DNA from: a virus
Length of the DNA: 64,000 nucleotides
Virus record (IMG/VR): IMGVR_UViG_3300031132_000002
Direction: 5' to 3' (one strand)
Made by a program: the position numbers and the translations under genes. Of the stretch, positions 28,024 to 37,764 are shown piece by piece. Below the pieces are notes generated by a model that saw only the letters and a program-made list of their open reading frames with translations, had not been told where the DNA came from and searched no databases. Each line of letters opens with the position of its first letter. Position 1 is the first letter of the stretch.

Positions 28024-28316
28024 TGTTAGACTTAAAAGTAGGAATGAAGGTAACTTGTCCAACAAAAGAAGATATGATTTTTGCGTTGGAATTACTGGAA
28101 GATGAAGGTTTCACTTGGATCAATGGAGGCGAGAAGCCTACACAGTGGACGCCTTGGACAAAAGTTCCAAACCATTCTTTCCCTGATAGCATCAACTTCC
28201 ATAGTGATGAGAAGGGTAAGTTGAAAATCTGTCGCGGTAGTTATCCGTCTGGAGTAGAATGGACAATCCCAATAAGCGAACTATTTCTTAATTTTAATCC
28301 TGAGGAGGGAAAATGA
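28023..28316 (+). CDS. Hypothetical protein
   Basis: TAATG coupling. Confidence 0.6.
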   Translation: MLDLKVGMKVTCPTKEDMIFALELLEDEGFTWINGGEKPTQWTPWTKVPNHSFPDSINFHSDEKGKLKICRGSYPSGVEWTIPISELFLNFNPEEGK

Positions 28317-28741
28317 ATATCTCTAAAAATTCTTGGCATTATCGTACTATCCGCAATATGAATCGTACCCCATCTAAAAGCCTATGCGTATACTTCTGGC
28401 AAGTGGTGATGTGTACCTTCTTCCTATATATTTTCACCCCTATTATCTTTCTGCTAATGGGTATTGCAGTTGCTGGGGCTATTCCTATGCTTATCGGAGC
28501 CATTATGACAAGCACTGCTGATGCAGAGTTACATAACTGGATTGTCGTCGTGAAGTGTTGGAGCATTGGCTTGGGCTTTATTGTAGCATTGGCGGCAGTG
28601 GTATGGTTTATTGTCTCCATCTGGAGTTATGTAGGTAGTAAACTATCTAACTTCTCTGTTGACAGTGAGAAGGGTTTGCTGGTATCTTACGTTAAAGCAA
28701 AGAAGCAGAAAGTCTGCCCGATTATCGAATTTAAGGATTAA
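28313..28741 (+). CDS. Membrane protein
   Basis: SWHY..SLCVYFW, 2 TM, KxKVCPIIEF end. Confidence 0.7.
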   Translation: MNISKNSWHYRTIRNMNRTPSKSLCVYFWQVVMCTFFLYIFTPIIFLLMGIAVAGAIPMLIGAIMTSTADAELHNWIVVVKCWSIGLGFIVALAAVVWFIVSIWSYVGSKLSNFSVDSEKGLLVSYVKAKKQKVCPIIEFKD

Positions 28742-28743
28742 GA

Positions 28744-29034
28744 ATGAAAGTACTGACTTCCACAAAGAACATCACACAGACGCAGTACGGTAATGGTGTC
28801 ATTATCCGTGTAAACGGTGAGGATGAGTCTTGGCTGGCGTCTTATGAGGAGACTGACGAAGGTAACATTCTTCTGGACAATCCTATTAAGGTGTTGCGGA
28901 TCTTCGGGGATCAGAAGCAAACGTGGAAGTCGTATAAAGAGTTCAACCTTACTGACGAGATCGTAAGAATGCTTGACAAAGTGATTCAGTTATTTACTGA
29001 CGCACCTGATGAAACTAAGAAAGTGCTCCTATAG
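28744..29034 (+). CDS. Hypothetical protein
   Basis: Operon packing. Confidence 0.6.
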   Translation: MKVLTSTKNITQTQYGNGVIIRVNGEDESWLASYEETDEGNILLDNPIKVLRIFGDQKQTWKSYKEFNLTDEIVRMLDKVIQLFTDAPDETKKVLL

Positions 29035-29052
29035 GGGCGCTTTGGAGGCACT

Positions 29053-29292
29053 ATGACTGATACCACATACTTAGAGCAACTAAACCAGATGACAGTGGCA
29101 TATAATGCTGAGGTGAAGAAAGGCCAGGTATTGCTGAAACAACGTGATTTAGCCATTGGCGAGGCACAAGGGTATGCCTCTTACTGTGACTCTCTACTGA
29201 TGGATCTCACAGGTAACGTTGAAACAGATAACATTACTGAATGTAGTACTAAGGTGCTGGAGATTCTTAAACTCTCGGAGGTATCTCTATGA
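29053..29292 (+). CDS. Hypothetical protein
   Basis: SD GGAGG. Confidence 0.6.
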   Translation: MTDTTYLEQLNQMTVAYNAEVKKGQVLLKQRDLAIGEAQGYASYCDSLLMDLTGNVETDNITECSTKVLEILKLSEVSL

Positions 29293-29492
29293 AAGGAATA
29301 TTCACAGGAACAATCCAGGTGGAAGTAGATAAAGGTGTAGATCTACTTACTGCCGTTAAGGGAGCAAAGTCATTGCTTTATACCACAAAAGCAGATAAGA
29401 TCCTTTTCGATTTTAATGGTGTCTGGTTAGAAGTTGACCAAAACCATACTTTGGAAGATGTTATCAAAGAGTACTACAGTAATTTTGAATAA
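29289..29492 (+). CDS. Hypothetical protein
   Basis: ATGA coupling. Confidence 0.55.
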   Translation: MKGIFTGTIQVEVDKGVDLLTAVKGAKSLLYTTKADKILFDFNGVWLEVDQNHTLEDVIKEYYSNFE

Positions 29493-29502
29493 GGAGGACT
29501 AA

Positions 29503-29721
29503 ATGAGTTTTGATTTCTCTGTCTCCTTCTCTACTAAGGCCGCAGCCGTAAGAGGAGAAACAGAACTTAAACATTTAGACATTCGCATTAAGAACAAGAT
29601 GGCATATCCTGGAAGTATCCAGTATTATATGCTCTCTGCACCTTCGGAAGCAGTGTTTAATATCTTTGTCGATAAGATCGGCGCACGTAAAACAGGGCCA
29701 AAGGCTCTACTCGTTAAGTAA
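29503..29721 (+). CDS. Hypothetical protein
   Basis: SD AAGGAGG. Confidence 0.6.
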   Translation: MSFDFSVSFSTKAAAVRGETELKHLDIRIKNKMAYPGSIQYYMLSAPSEAVFNIFVDKIGARKTGPKALLVK

Positions 29722-29730
29722 GGAGAATAT

Positions 29731-30159
29731 ATGACTATCCAGACTATCCCTCAAGGTTCTGTTATTGAGTATGTTGGCAATACTTTGGGAAGATATCAGA
29801 ATGAAGATATGATCGGGAGGCTGGCGACAGTGCTCGAAGACCATTCAGGTAAGGAGGATATCACTATAAAAGTTACATTTGGTAATGGTGAAGTAGGTGT
29901 GATGCCTCGCAACATTAAGGTGATCAGCACTCCTGAGGAAGATGCTCTGCCAGAGGTGCCGAACGAAGAGTTGTATACTGATAAGTATGGGGATACTATT
30001 CTTGTTGAAAGGTCTAATGAGAGCGGGGAAGACCTGCTGTGGCTTACAGCAAAAGATAAGCACGGAGAAGCTATTTTGGAGTTTACTGATCGTAACGCTG
30101 TGTTGGATTTGGCTTCTCATTTAATGCGTATTGGCTTACATATGAATAAGGAGTGTTAA
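29731..30159 (+). CDS. Hypothetical protein, C-domain shared with 25619..26041
   Basis: ALPEV..YTD and VLDLASHLMRIGL. Confidence 0.65.
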   Translation: MTIQTIPQGSVIEYVGNTLGRYQNEDMIGRLATVLEDHSGKEDITIKVTFGNGEVGVMPRNIKVISTPEEDALPEVPNEELYTDKYGDTILVERSNESGEDLLWLTAKDKHGEAILEFTDRNAVLDLASHLMRIGLHMNKEC

Positions 30160-30806
30160 TGGTATACACTCACTTAAAAATGAAGGTTGATTGGTGTAGT
30201 GGTACTCCAGGCCCAAGGAAGGGTGATATCGTCAAGATTCTTGCTGACTATGAAGAAGATGGATTTTGGGTTGTAATACACGGCGAAAGAGATTACACTG
30301 TGTACATTGAAGAAGCCGAATACTATGATCAGGAGAAAGAACAAATGAAACTAACACCAAACCAACAATTAGCATTAGCGATCAAACTGGCAGCAGAAGG
30401 TCATATCGATCAAGTAGATAAAGGAGGCAAGCCATACATCCTGCACCCTATTAAGGTTATGCATTACCTGAAAACAGACGATATGGAGCTTATGTCTATT
30501 GGTGTGCTACACGATGTGGTTGAAGATACGCCACTAAGTCTAACTGATCTGCGTGATATGGGCTTCTCTGACCGTGTAGTTGAAGGTGTTCGACTGCTCA
30601 CAAAAGTATCAGGAATCTCTGATGACCAGTATATTTCAGCAATCAAGATGAATGTGGACGCTACTCGCGTTAAACTGGCAGACTTACGCCATAACTCTGA
30701 TGTTCGTCGCCTTAAGGGGATGACAGATAAAGACCTTCTGCGTATGCGCAAGTACCACGGAATGTATCTGGAGCTAGAGAAAGCACTAAAAATTCACGTT
30801 AGCTAG
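30159..30806 (+). CDS. HD-domain (p)ppGpp-hydrolase-like protein (Mesh1/SAH type); second in-frame start at 30345
   Basis: H..Q.DKGGKPYILHP, LHDVVEDT, LLTK, VKLADLRHN. Confidence 0.85.
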   Translation: MVYTHLKMKVDWCSGTPGPRKGDIVKILADYEEDGFWVVIHGERDYTVYIEEAEYYDQEKEQMKLTPNQQLALAIKLAAEGHIDQVDKGGKPYILHPIKVMHYLKTDDMELMSIGVLHDVVEDTPLSLTDLRDMGFSDRVVEGVRLLTKVSGISDDQYISAIKMNVDATRVKLADLRHNSDVRRLKGMTDKDLLRMRKYHGMYLELEKALKIHVS

Positions 30807-30816
30807 GAGATTAGCA

Positions 30817-31317
30817 ATGAAACTCTACGAGGCAAGAAGGATTATCCGTGATCGGAAATCCGATATCGCAAAGAAAGCAAATGAACATCTACACCAGTTT
30901 GGGTTGATGATGGATCTTGTTATTACGAACCACGTTGCGGATCGTATCTTTGACAGATCCTTGCGCGTAGATGTGGATATTGATAAGATAATGGTGATGT
31001 TGCAGGAGATGGTGGATTTTCACCTTGGCAGACTAATGCATAAAGCATTCTTCGCTGATGATGGTGGATTGATCCTCTATCGCCTGTACCGTGGAAACCT
31101 AGTAGAGTGTTTTGCACTTGCAATTGAGTGTAAGATGGTAGACAATGGTGTTTTCCAGGTGATTGTAAGAACATTTATGCCAGCAGCCAGCTTGACATAT
31201 GTTCGACAAAGAGATAACCTTCTCTTCGCACCAAAGAGAAAAATGAGGCTTGTAAGTAATCTTCAGAAGATGCTATACTCCTCTCACTGTCCAGAAGCAC
31301 TTAAAATCTTACGATAA
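30817..31317 (+). CDS. Hypothetical protein
   Basis: 166-aa ORF with SD. Confidence 0.65.
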   Translation: MKLYEARRIIRDRKSDIAKKANEHLHQFGLMMDLVITNHVADRIFDRSLRVDVDIDKIMVMLQEMVDFHLGRLMHKAFFADDGGLILYRLYRGNLVECFALAIECKMVDNGVFQVIVRTFMPAASLTYVRQRDNLLFAPKRKMRLVSNLQKMLYSSHCPEALKILR

Positions 31318-31328
31318 GGAACTAAAAA

Positions 31329-31604
31329 ATGAAAAAGACTGTACTGAGTTTTGGCGTAGCACTGATGTTATCTATGGGCGCAGCCCACGCTGGTAATGCC
31401 CCTACTGTGACCGAAGTTAAGGGTAATATCCCTCAGTGTCTGGAGTTGTTCCGTAGTCGTGATCAAGAGAAAGCTATTTTGGATTGTGGCGCTTACTTGC
31501 TTCGTATCGATTTATCCTCGGACTACCTGAACAAGCGATACATTACCTGCGAAAAGAATGGTAATGGTAGCATTGGTACTTGCAAAGATGTGTGGGAGGA
31601 CTAA
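31329..31604 (+). CDS. Secreted Cys-containing protein
   Basis: Signal peptide ending AHA; four Cys. Confidence 0.65.
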   Translation: MKKTVLSFGVALMLSMGAAHAGNAPTVTEVKGNIPQCLELFRSRDQEKAILDCGAYLLRIDLSSDYLNKRYITCEKNGNGSIGTCKDVWED

Positions 31605-31605
31605 G

Positions 31606-32019
31606 ATGAACTATGGTTTGTTTTTACGTGCAGCGGTTGATCTGGATAATTGGCCTGATGGTTATCCTTACGTGGCTATGACGGGTGCTAACATCCATTT
31701 CTATAAGCACAAACCCAACTTAGTTAAAGAAAGAGTCAAAGTAACCAGCACATATGGATACAGTACTTATCATTGGGAAGGGGATCGGTCTGGATTGTAT
31801 CAGGAGTGCGAATCAACTCATCCTATGGCTTCTGAGGTAGTTATGACCAAAGAAGAGTTGATGACTTTTTGCCCAGAGAAAGCACGGGTAGCTTTCCAGG
31901 CTCTAACTAAACAAGAAGCAGAAGAGGAGAACTATGATAATGCACAAGCCATAATCACGGCTATGTCTATTATGCTGTTAATCCCCTCCGTCATACTTTG
32001 CTGCTACTTGTGGGGTTGA
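31606..32019 (+). CDS. Hypothetical protein with C-terminal TM
   Basis: SD GGAGG; hydrophobic tail. Confidence 0.6.
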   Translation: MNYGLFLRAAVDLDNWPDGYPYVAMTGANIHFYKHKPNLVKERVKVTSTYGYSTYHWEGDRSGLYQECESTHPMASEVVMTKEELMTFCPEKARVAFQALTKQEAEEENYDNAQAIITAMSIMLLIPSVILCCYLWG

Positions 32020-32021
32020 GG

Positions 32022-32201
32022 ATGAGGACGGATTACTTAGGACGTCCAATAGCAGAAATGACTGTGCCGGATAAAAATGTCTTGTGTGTTCGCTGTCTTC
32101 GCTGTTACAATCTAGCCACGGCACCAAGGTCTGCTCCAGAAAAGCTGGATGTAAAAGAACCGAAGTGTCCGAACTGCAACTGTAAAGTTTATTACTCATA
32201 G
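32022..32201 (+). CDS. Small Zn-ribbon protein
   Basis: CLRC and CPNC. Confidence 0.55.
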   Translation: MRTDYLGRPIAEMTVPDKNVLCVRCLRCYNLATAPRSAPEKLDVKEPKCPNCNCKVYYS

Positions 32202-32211
32202 GAGAAACACA

Positions 32212-32691
32212 ATGGCTATTCCTGATTACTGTGATGACCGCGCTAAGAAGCACTATAAAAACTATTTTGTAGGTAGTGACCACGGTGATAATGGAAGTAT
32301 GTATGGGTATCGTTACGATAGCGCTTCGGGTGGTAAGGCGACTAAAATGATTCACCTGTCACGTTATCGCTGCGTTTGTGCATACTGTGGTGAAGTTGGA
32401 TTGCCATTACAGCCATTTTTCAAGGGTAGCTTTAACCAAGACTCAGATACCACTGTAACGGGCTATATGTGTGTCTGTAAAGATGCTATGGATCAGTTGG
32501 AGATTGAAGAGTCTATCCGGCAGTTACGAGCTAAACAGGCAAACGATATGAAGGAGCTAGAAAGCACTCTCCCTAAGCCTGCCTCTGAGGTACTCGCAAA
32601 AGTTATGGCTAATCGTATTAAAACCTTGACCGAAGAAATAGAGTCAGGTAACTTTACAGAGCTGGACAGGCTCGGGATTAATGTAAGATAA
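32212..32691 (+). CDS. Hypothetical Cys-containing protein
   Basis: CAYCG, CVC, coiled-coil tail. Confidence 0.65.
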   Translation: MAIPDYCDDRAKKHYKNYFVGSDHGDNGSMYGYRYDSASGGKATKMIHLSRYRCVCAYCGEVGLPLQPFFKGSFNQDSDTTVTGYMCVCKDAMDQLEIEESIRQLRAKQANDMKELESTLPKPASEVLAKVMANRIKTLTEEIESGNFTELDRLGINVR

Positions 32692-33167
32692 TGTCGCAGA
32701 AAACTAAAACACCAACCTTTGATAAGATCCGAGACGAGTATCACGGACTGATCTATTGTTCTGTTATTGGTACTTGGGTTGAGATAGTCATTTTTGAGCA
32801 AGAAGGTATCTGGTATGTCAATTACGAAAACAAAGATCCTTCTGAACGGATGTACACCACCGCTTCACTTGCAGACGCTATCGCTTGGGCTGTTGTTCAT
32901 CACAAACAATCTGTAAGAAAAACTTTCATAGGAGAACCAAAGATGGTAAACGTAAAACTGAATAAGATTGCAATTCTGGAAGGTCTGAACAGCGAAGAAG
33001 ATCTGTCTGAAATGTCAGCTATGGAGGCTATCTACGATATCCGGTCTCTAAAAGCTTTGATTGCCTATGGTCACGAAACCTTCCAGGTGGATAAAGATTC
33101 TATTAGCCCTGAGGGTAAGGTATATGTCGAGGGATTTGAGATGTGGTTGCCAGTGGTGGAGGTATAA
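32691..33167 (+). CDS. Hypothetical protein
   Basis: TAATG coupling. Confidence 0.65.
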   Translation: MSQKTKTPTFDKIRDEYHGLIYCSVIGTWVEIVIFEQEGIWYVNYENKDPSERMYTTASLADAIAWAVVHHKQSVRKTFIGEPKMVNVKLNKIAILEGLNSEEDLSEMSAMEAIYDIRSLKALIAYGHETFQVDKDSISPEGKVYVEGFEMWLPVVEV

Positions 33168-33661
33168 TGTCCAAGCGCTATGGTCGTAACCAAAGGAGAA
33201 AGGCAAGGGAGCAAATTGCAGATCTGTCTCGTAGACACACTCAATCTGAGTTGCATAATGAAGATCTACAGAACAGAATGAGAAATCTTCTGGAGATGGC
33301 TGATGTTATGGATGAGGTGCTGGGTAAAAACTTCATTGGTAACGAAAATAGTTATCACGTAGAGCCAGGGCAAGATTTTATCCGTGTGCCAGAGGTTCCT
33401 AACTTCGGTTATCCTTATGGTAAGGTTACAGATGCACGAGAGATAGCCTACAAACTTCATAGCTTACAGGTGATGGAGACTAGTGTTGAGCTAGACGCAC
33501 TGCGGGAGGCAATGTGTGTAAGAGTTTACATTGGCGGCGAAGCAGGTATGGCGCTTAATATGACTACGCGCGTGTGGGATCACTTCCCTCGTGAATATTT
33601 GATTAAAGATCTCAGTCGTAAGTTTGCAGAAATGCTCGTAAACAGGATTCAGAATAAATAA
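33167..33661 (+). CDS. Hypothetical protein
   Basis: MSKRYGRNQRRKAR start, TAATG coupling. Confidence 0.65.
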   Translation: MSKRYGRNQRRKAREQIADLSRRHTQSELHNEDLQNRMRNLLEMADVMDEVLGKNFIGNENSYHVEPGQDFIRVPEVPNFGYPYGKVTDAREIAYKLHSLQVMETSVELDALREAMCVRVYIGGEAGMALNMTTRVWDHFPREYLIKDLSRKFAEMLVNRIQNK

Positions 33662-33670
33662 GGAGAATAT

Positions 33671-33904
33671 ATGAAAAAGATTTTTGCTGTATTGATGATT
33701 GCTTTTGCTTTAGTTGGGTGTAAGGCAGAAACTAACGATATCTCAGCAGACTTTGTACTGCCGAGTGATATCTCAAACTGTAAAGTGTATGCACTTCACG
33801 ATACCAACGGTGGCGTGTTAAAGGCTCTTATCTGCCCTAACGCTACAACTGCTACAGAGTGGAAGGAAGGCAAGTATACACGTCAGATGGTGGCTAAAGG
33901 CTAA
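33671..33904 (+). CDS. Small lipoprotein
   Basis: Lipobox LVGC. Confidence 0.7.
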   Translation: MKKIFAVLMIAFALVGCKAETNDISADFVLPSDISNCKVYALHDTNGGVLKALICPNATTATEWKEGKYTRQMVAKG

Positions 33905-34079
33905 GGAGAACTCCTATGAAGAAAGCATTGATTGTTAGTACTAGTCGGGTTACTGCTATCACACCTAAACTCCGTACAGAAAGTGAGGTATTATGCTTCA
34001 CAGATATAGATCACGGTTTAAAGTGGATTGCCTCCAATAAAGACAAAGTATTAAATTATCATTTTGCCAAAATTATTGA

Positions 34080-34108
34080 TTGACAGCCTACGGGCTGTCT
34101 TGTAGTAT
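34080..34108 (+). promoter_or_regulatory. Sigma70-like promoter with hairpin over -35 and spacer
   Basis: TTGACA-17-TAGTAT; GACAGCC-TACG-GGCTGTC. Confidence 0.7.
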
Positions 34109-34143
34109 GTGTCCTATCGAAGCAGAGAACGGAGTTATCAAAA

Positions 34144-34419
34144 ATGTTGGAACCAATCACAAAGCGTCAACGTAAGAAGGGTATGGTGAGTGCAGATCGT
34201 GCAGACTTCATCTGGAAGTGTGGCAAGGTTTGGAAATCTTACGTTGCAGAGAAGCGTATTGTTGTAATCACTGATCATAAGATCGCAGCAGAGGATTTGT
34301 TTCAGGAATATTTTGATAAGATTGTTCCAGGCATTAAGCGTGGCCTTGTCATTCTTAAAACATTGGATGAAGTGACTTTAGAGGATATGGCAGATGAAAA
34401 AGGTTTCGTCGAGTTTTAA
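34144..34419 (+). CDS. Hypothetical protein
   Basis: ORF with SD and promoter. Confidence 0.6.
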   Translation: MLEPITKRQRKKGMVSADRADFIWKCGKVWKSYVAEKRIVVITDHKIAAEDLFQEYFDKIVPGIKRGLVILKTLDEVTLEDMADEKGFVEF

Positions 34420-34525
34420 CTGGAAACAGGAAGAAATTATGTTGACCTCTGCTCCGGCTGAGGTTAGAATCTTCCCTAAGCAAGTAATAAATACCCTTTT
34501 AACTCAGATTAATGGAGACTCAATA

Positions 34526-34915
34526 ATGAATGGTCACAAAAAAGATACCTTAGTTGTCCTGACTGCCTCTACGCCAGAAGGTAAGTCACGTCTTACTCCA
34601 GGTGAGTTATACCGTAGTGCTGATCGAGTTATCGGTATTGAAAAGGCGAAGCCGGAAGATTTCCCAGAAGAGATCACTCTGCATAACTCTCTGACAGGCA
34701 AGAGTCGCACAATGCGTCTAAAAGGTCGTCCAGAGTTGCAGAACGTCCCTATGGAAACTACAATGCGTCAAGTGGAGGTGTTCCACGTTCAAGATTTCTC
34801 TGAGTTGGAAAAACGAGCATCACTGTTTATGGACAAACCAGAAGTTCAGGAAGCCTTGAAACTCCCTAAAAACCATCCAGCACGATTTGCTACATTGTAC
34901 GGTGGTTTCGTATGA
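34526..34915 (+). CDS. Small protein carrying compressed family-A DNA polymerase motifs
   Basis: LTGK..RPELQNVP, DFSELEKR, RFATLYG; SD GGAG before ATG 34526 (frame open from 34394). Confidence 0.55.
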   Translation: MNGHKKDTLVVLTASTPEGKSRLTPGELYRSADRVIGIEKAKPEDFPEEITLHNSLTGKSRTMRLKGRPELQNVPMETTMRQVEVFHVQDFSELEKRASLFMDKPEVQEALKLPKNHPARFATLYGGFV

Positions 34916-35118
34916 TGCTCTTTCTTCTTTGGTGGCTTAGCGTTGGTTTCGTTGCAGCAACAATGATATACTATGTAGATTGTCTGGGGGCAAGTTATGT
35001 GAATAGTCCTTGGATGATTATTCCAAGCACGATTCTCTGGCCCGTCTTGTATATTCCGGCAATCTTAGGTACAATCAGCCTTTATAAATATCGCAAAGAA
35101 AAAGGAGATGTGATCTAA
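34912..35118 (+). CDS. Small membrane protein
   Basis: Hydrophobic, ILWP motif. Confidence 0.55.
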   Translation: MMLFLLWWLSVGFVAATMIYYVDCLGASYVNSPWMIIPSTILWPVLYIPAILGTISLYKYRKEKGDVI

Positions 35119-35306
35119 TGACTATCAAAGTAGTAGAACAACAAAAAGAAATGCAATGTACTTGCAGACAGTGCGGTAGCGTATTAGCATACGTTTTCAC
35201 CGATATTCAGACTGTTACATACAAAGATATCAGTCAGTGTACCGGAACAGACCACTATATTGATTGCCCTGTGTGTAGAAAAAGAATCATACTCAAATCT
35301 TTCTAA
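35118..35306 (+). CDS. Small Zn-ribbon protein
   Basis: CRQCG and CPVC. Confidence 0.65.
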   Translation: MTIKVVEQQKEMQCTCRQCGSVLAYVFTDIQTVTYKDISQCTGTDHYIDCPVCRKRIILKSF

Positions 35307-35315
35307 GGAGGAACA

Positions 35316-35711
35316 ATGGCAACTACAGAACAACTGAAAGACAAGGCATCTGACGTACTGCTCAGTATGATTGACGTTACAGTTAAAAGTATGAGTGATG
35401 TTATTGAATTTGGTAAGCAGCAAATCCCAGAGGTCATTCATCAGCTACTTTTATGGCAACTTACATCTTCTGTTCTCTGGATTGTTGTGGGTGTTGTACT
35501 GGCTATCCTGGGTATTTGGTGGTGTCGCCTCGTTAATAAATGGGTGAAAAAGGATGCTGAGAATATTCCTGCACATATTGGAACCGTATTGTTGTTTGCA
35601 ATTAGTGCTTGGATCATCATAGCCAACAGCTTAGATGCTCTCCAGATTTGGGTTGCGCCTAAGGTTTATCTTATTCAATATGCAGCCAGCTTAGCTCGTG
35701 GAGGTAACTAA
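35316..35711 (+). CDS. Membrane protein
   Basis: QIPEVIHQLLLW, 2 TM, WVAPKVYLI. Confidence 0.7.
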   Translation: MATTEQLKDKASDVLLSMIDVTVKSMSDVIEFGKQQIPEVIHQLLLWQLTSSVLWIVVGVVLAILGIWWCRLVNKWVKKDAENIPAHIGTVLLFAISAWIIIANSLDALQIWVAPKVYLIQYAASLARGGN

Positions 35712-36058
35712 TGTTTTTAGATGATTTTAATTGTGTGGCAGATGTTGGTCGTGAGTTTGAACTGTCAGATCAGGAGCTATCAGATCTTTATCGAGCAAAG
35801 ATCATTATTGCCTGGTATACTTACGAATGTTACGAGGGCGAAGCTTATGTTTTGTACGAATTGGATGGCGTTCTCTATGAAGTGGAAGGCTACCATTGCT
35901 CTTGCTACGGCTTGGAAGGTCAGTGGAACCCTACAGAGACAAATGTAGAAACCGTCAAGCATATCTTAGAGAAAGGTACTCGTTATAATGGCGAGGGGCA
36001 TAAACGAACGTTTATAGATGCTTTTGAAGCATATTTAGCAAACAAGGAGGGAGAATGA
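35711..36058 (+). CDS. Hypothetical protein
   Basis: YEGEAYV..LYEVEGYHCSCYGLEGQW. Confidence 0.7.
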   Translation: MFLDDFNCVADVGREFELSDQELSDLYRAKIIIAWYTYECYEGEAYVLYELDGVLYEVEGYHCSCYGLEGQWNPTETNVETVKHILEKGTRYNGEGHKRTFIDAFEAYLANKEGE

Positions 36059-36459
36059 GTACAACAATTAGAAAAACATCGTATGTTACCGCACTAAAAG
36101 CAATGAACAAGATCCGTCAAACAAAAATTGACTCTCTTCATTCATTGAAAGGTAACAGAGGATTAACGCGGAGTATGCCTCCTTCTGTATTCTCTAAGGC
36201 TGTCAGTGGGATCAAAGCAGCTATTGCAGAGGATGATAAAATCATTGCAGATTTTAAGGCCAACTACAAAAAAGAACGTATCAATCCTGCTGAGCAGAAG
36301 ATGATTAACCTTTTCGAAGAGATTCGAGATGTTATTCTTGGTAGTCGTCCTTATGTTGAACGAGCAACCTACGGGCCACACGCCACTACTGTCGCCTCTG
36401 ATCTCTATGCCAGACAGCGTAAAGTGCTAGAAGAGGTAGAGCGTTTAATAAGACGATGA
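36055..36459 (+). CDS. Hypothetical protein
   Basis: ATGA coupling. Confidence 0.6.
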   Translation: MSTTIRKTSYVTALKAMNKIRQTKIDSLHSLKGNRGLTRSMPPSVFSKAVSGIKAAIAEDDKIIADFKANYKKERINPAEQKMINLFEEIRDVILGSRPYVERATYGPHATTVASDLYARQRKVLEEVERLIRR

Positions 36460-36595
36460 GAGACAAAGAATCGAAAGAAATGATTGATCGGTGGCTAGAA
36501 CAAGCGCTACACAAGATCGATACTATGCCAAGGGAAGAACTCTTGGCTTCATTGGAAGAATACGGCTTAGTTGCCCCAAAAGAGGAGAATGAATA

Positions 36596-37726
36596 ATGTC
36601 TACTTATACCCGTTACGGTGAACTGATTACAATTAACAAGCGTATGGGCATCCCAATGGATAGCCTGCCTGTAGGGACGTATGCACTGTCCTATAATGAT
36701 AACATTGGTTATCATCTGGCTCTGGTTCCAGATATGGACATCCCGTCAAAACTCTACGGTGAAACAGACAGTCGAGCAAACCACGTAATCAAAACCTATC
36801 TGCGCCGTGCGGAAAAAGGTGATAACACTGGCGTACTCCTTTCTGGTACAAAAGGTAGTGGTAAAACAATGCTGGCAAAAGTGGTTGCTAAGAAACTGGC
36901 AACACTAGGCATCAGTACCATTCTGATCTCCGAGCCGTACACAGACGCAGGCTTTATTGAGTTTATGTCCAAGATTCAAGAGAAAGCTATGGTGATGATC
37001 GATGAGTTTGATAAACTCTACGATGAAAAGAAGAAACAGGAATCTCTTCTGACTGTCTTAGACGGCACAGGTACAGGTAATAAAATGTTTATGCTGACAA
37101 AGAACAATGGCTTCTTGTCTGAGTTCTTTAAAAACCGCCCTAGCCGTATTTTCTACAGCTTTGATTATGATAAGATCAGCGATGCAACAATGACTGACTA
37201 CTTAGAACATCAACTGGATAACAAACAACACATTGCAGGCTTCAATCGTTTGCACGAAGTGAGCTTTGAACTGTCCTTCGATGTTATCCAAGGGTTAGTT
37301 GAGGAGCTAAACGCCTATCCCGAGATGCATTTTAAGGATGCTCTGGATATGATGGGTATCACGTTCGGCGCTGGCAAGGGTGAGTGGAAGCTGTCAGAGA
37401 TGACAATCAACGGTGAAGTGATTCAGACAGGTCACGTATCAGGTATCTACGGATTCGATCTGATTAAGTTCCTGGACAACAACATTCAGTTGACCGTTTA
37501 CCTGAAAGAGAAAGCCACTCAGAAGGCATTACTGAAAAGTGTACCCCTGATTAAAGTAGGTGAAGATGACGATGATACATCAGAACTCACCTTTAGCGCT
37601 AACACAATGGCTATGGCTATCACAGACGGCGGTAAGCTGGTGTTCGAGGACAATACAGGGTCAGCACTGCGACTCGTACTTGAGCAGCCAATCACTGCTA
37701 CAGGTGGATTCAGTCGGATTTTCTAA
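36596..37726 (+). CDS. AAA+ ATPase
   Basis: Walker A GTKGSGKT, Walker B MIDEFDK, LDG, NRPSRI Arg finger. Confidence 0.9.
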   Translation: MSTYTRYGELITINKRMGIPMDSLPVGTYALSYNDNIGYHLALVPDMDIPSKLYGETDSRANHVIKTYLRRAEKGDNTGVLLSGTKGSGKTMLAKVVAKKLATLGISTILISEPYTDAGFIEFMSKIQEKAMVMIDEFDKLYDEKKKQESLLTVLDGTGTGNKMFMLTKNNGFLSEFFKNRPSRIFYSFDYDKISDATMTDYLEHQLDNKQHIAGFNRLHEVSFELSFDVIQGLVEELNAYPEMHFKDALDMMGITFGAGKGEWKLSEMTINGEVIQTGHVSGIYGFDLIKFLDNNIQLTVYLKEKATQKALLKSVPLIKVGEDDDDTSELTFSANTMAMAITDGGKLVFEDNTGSALRLVLEQPITATGGFSRIF

Positions 37727-37728
37727 AA

Positions 37729-37752
37729 TAAGGGGCTTCGGCCCCTTTTTCT
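37729..37752 (+). terminator. Intrinsic terminator
   Basis: AAGGGGC-TTCG-GCCCCTTTTT. Confidence 0.8.
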
Positions 37753-37764
37753 TATGGAGGGTGT

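Noticed and set aside
30817-31317. RNase toxin-like fold (H..DR..R and IVRT motifs)
   Set aside because: Motifs too short to support a call
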